From contig NC_068990.1 of the NCBI RefSeq assembly GCF_001194135.2, forward strand, positions 13,152,410 through 13,216,409: DNA of 64,000 nucleotides. The letters run 5' to 3'. The notes below the pieces were generated by a model. The model had not been told where the DNA came from. It saw nothing but the letters and a program-made list of their open reading frames with translations, and ran no database searches. The stretch is from Octopus bimaculoides (Eukaryota). The stretch's first letter is position 1. Each line of letters opens with the position of its first letter. Below, in pieces: positions 62,480 to 64,000 of the stretch. The position numbers and the translations under genes are program-made.

Positions 62480-62990
62480 CCGTGAAATAGAAATTGGCAA
62501 AATGTGGAACCACAAGACTAAAACAATATCTTTTGCCATAGGTGCCCTATGAATGGTAGCAATGTTAGCTATCTCAGATATCAGGAAATCCAAAAATGGA
62601 AGAAATTCAAAAAATAGTACTCATGGGAACTGCTCATATCTTATGAAAAATATTGTCTGTGTAATTGCAGAAACATTTAAATCTGTAAACATTATCAAAA
62701 GTACTTTTGAGTGTACATTATAGCAAACATCTTTTACTGTCATCTTAAGATCTCACAATTATCTTAACATCAAATCACTTTTGAAACAACTTCTAATTTT
62801 CTTATGTTTTGACAAACATCCTCTGGAACAATATTCTGTGCCAAACCAAAAATATGGCACCCTAGTCATAACACCAACTTGAACTTCTTGCTTGTTGTCT
62901 CTTGAGGTTTCTGGTTGAAACTTGGAATCAATTTGCACAAATACAAAACAGAAACCATATATGTAACAATAATATCAGTAACCTTCAGGG
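62480..62990 (+). pseudogene. 5'-truncated RLE-type LINE end
   Basis: EIEIGKMWNHKTKTISFAIGAL...MEEIQKIVLMGTAHIL*KILSV*, homologous to the C-terminus at 50505-51067. Confidence 0.75.
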
Positions 62991-63051
62991 TCTTACAAAT
63001 TATTCACGTCAAAAGATGTGTAACTATTAACAACAGCTAAAAGAAAGTGAG

Positions 63052-63503
63052 GTGAGTTTGCCCGAGCGTGATCATTGCCCCAAGTGTGATTATTGCCAGA
63101 GCAGCTGTCTGGCTCCCGTGCCGGTGACATGTGAAAAGCACCATTTGAGCGTGATCGTTACCAGCGTCGCCTTCCTGGCACTTGTGACGGTGGCTCGAAA
63201 ATCATTCAAGCGAGGTGATTGCCAGTGCCGCTGGACTGACTCCTATGCAGGAGGCACATAAAAAACACCATTTGAGCATGGCTGTTGCCAGTACCGCCTG
63301 ACTGGCCCTCGTGCCGGTGGCACATAAAATCACCCACTACACTCTCGGAGTAGTTGGCATTAGGAAGGGCATCCAGCTGTAGAAACTCTGCCAGATCAGA
63401 TTGGAGCCTTGTGCAGCCATCTGGTTCACCAGTCCTCAGTCAAATCGTCCAACCCATGCTAGCATGGAAAGTGGACGTTAAACGATGATGATGATGATGA
63501 TGA
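63052..63503 (+). mobile_element. RTE-tailed non-autonomous element with internal tandem subrepeats
   Basis: Repeated CGTGCCGGTG(G/A)CA...AAAAGCACCATTTGAGC...GCCAG units, then the RTE-type tail and (GAT)n. Confidence 0.9.
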
Positions 63504-63654
63504 CTGAGAGACGAAAATGAAATGCATTCTTTTGATTTGAACTCATATTCTATTGGTTCCAAGTAAAGTGCTTTTATTGAGTCACACTCCGAACTTCATA
63601 ATAAACTATAGAAATTGAGATGTCTTCTTTTATTTTACAGCCAGAATGGTCACC

Positions 63655-63910
63655 ATTAATCCTCCCCCTCCCATTCTTTTCCACCTCTGCCTATCTCCCT
63701 GCTTTCCACTCCTCCTACTGTCATCTCCTCTCTCCATTCCCCTCCTCCCCTTCTTCTTCGCCTTCTCCTTCTCCCCTCTACTCCTTCCTTCTTCTTCCCT
63801 TCACCCTTCCCTTCTTTTTCTTTTTCCTCATCCTTCTCCTCCCATCCCCTCCTTCTCCACTCCTCCTCCCCTCCTTGCCCTCCTTCCCCACCTCTTCCTC
63901 CTTATCCACC

Positions 63911-63942
<32 letters not shown>

Positions 63943-64000
63943 CTTCTTCTTCTTCTTCTTCTTCTTCTTCTTCTTCTTCTTCTTCTTCTTCTTCTTCTTC
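63655..64000. repeat. Polypyrimidine tract, then (GTT)n to (CTT)n microsatellite running off the window
   Basis: Direct reading. Confidence 0.95.

Overview
AT-rich, microsatellite-saturated animal genomic DNA with several N gaps. The SINE families and LINE tails look like those of an octopus (coleoid cephalopod) genome; that is my recognition, not a database result. No complete or recognisable host gene is present. Nearly all ORFs in the supplied track are translations of microsatellites, gaps or SINEs. The window is dominated by (i) at least four tRNA-headed SINE families plus an RTE-tailed non-autonomous element, and (ii) decayed fragments of RTE LINEs, RLE-type (R4/Dong- and HERO-like) LINEs, Penelope-like elements (RT and GIY-YIG), a hAT/Buster-Charlie transposase and several MITEs. 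A few isolated candidate exons have decent splice sites but no homology I can name. The most interesting signal is at 20.2-25.5 kb: a tRNA-headed SINE-like element whose 3' part carries a minimal type I hammerhead ribozyme motif (GACAC-CUGAWGA-A-GGCUG...CAGCC-GAAAC-GUU-GUGUU, palindromic stem III) of the kind found in Penelope-like elements. Three insertions of it carry an inverted copy of the 3' tail at their 5' junction, which suggests mobilisation by Penelope machinery. No CRISPR array, rRNA or intact tRNA gene was found.
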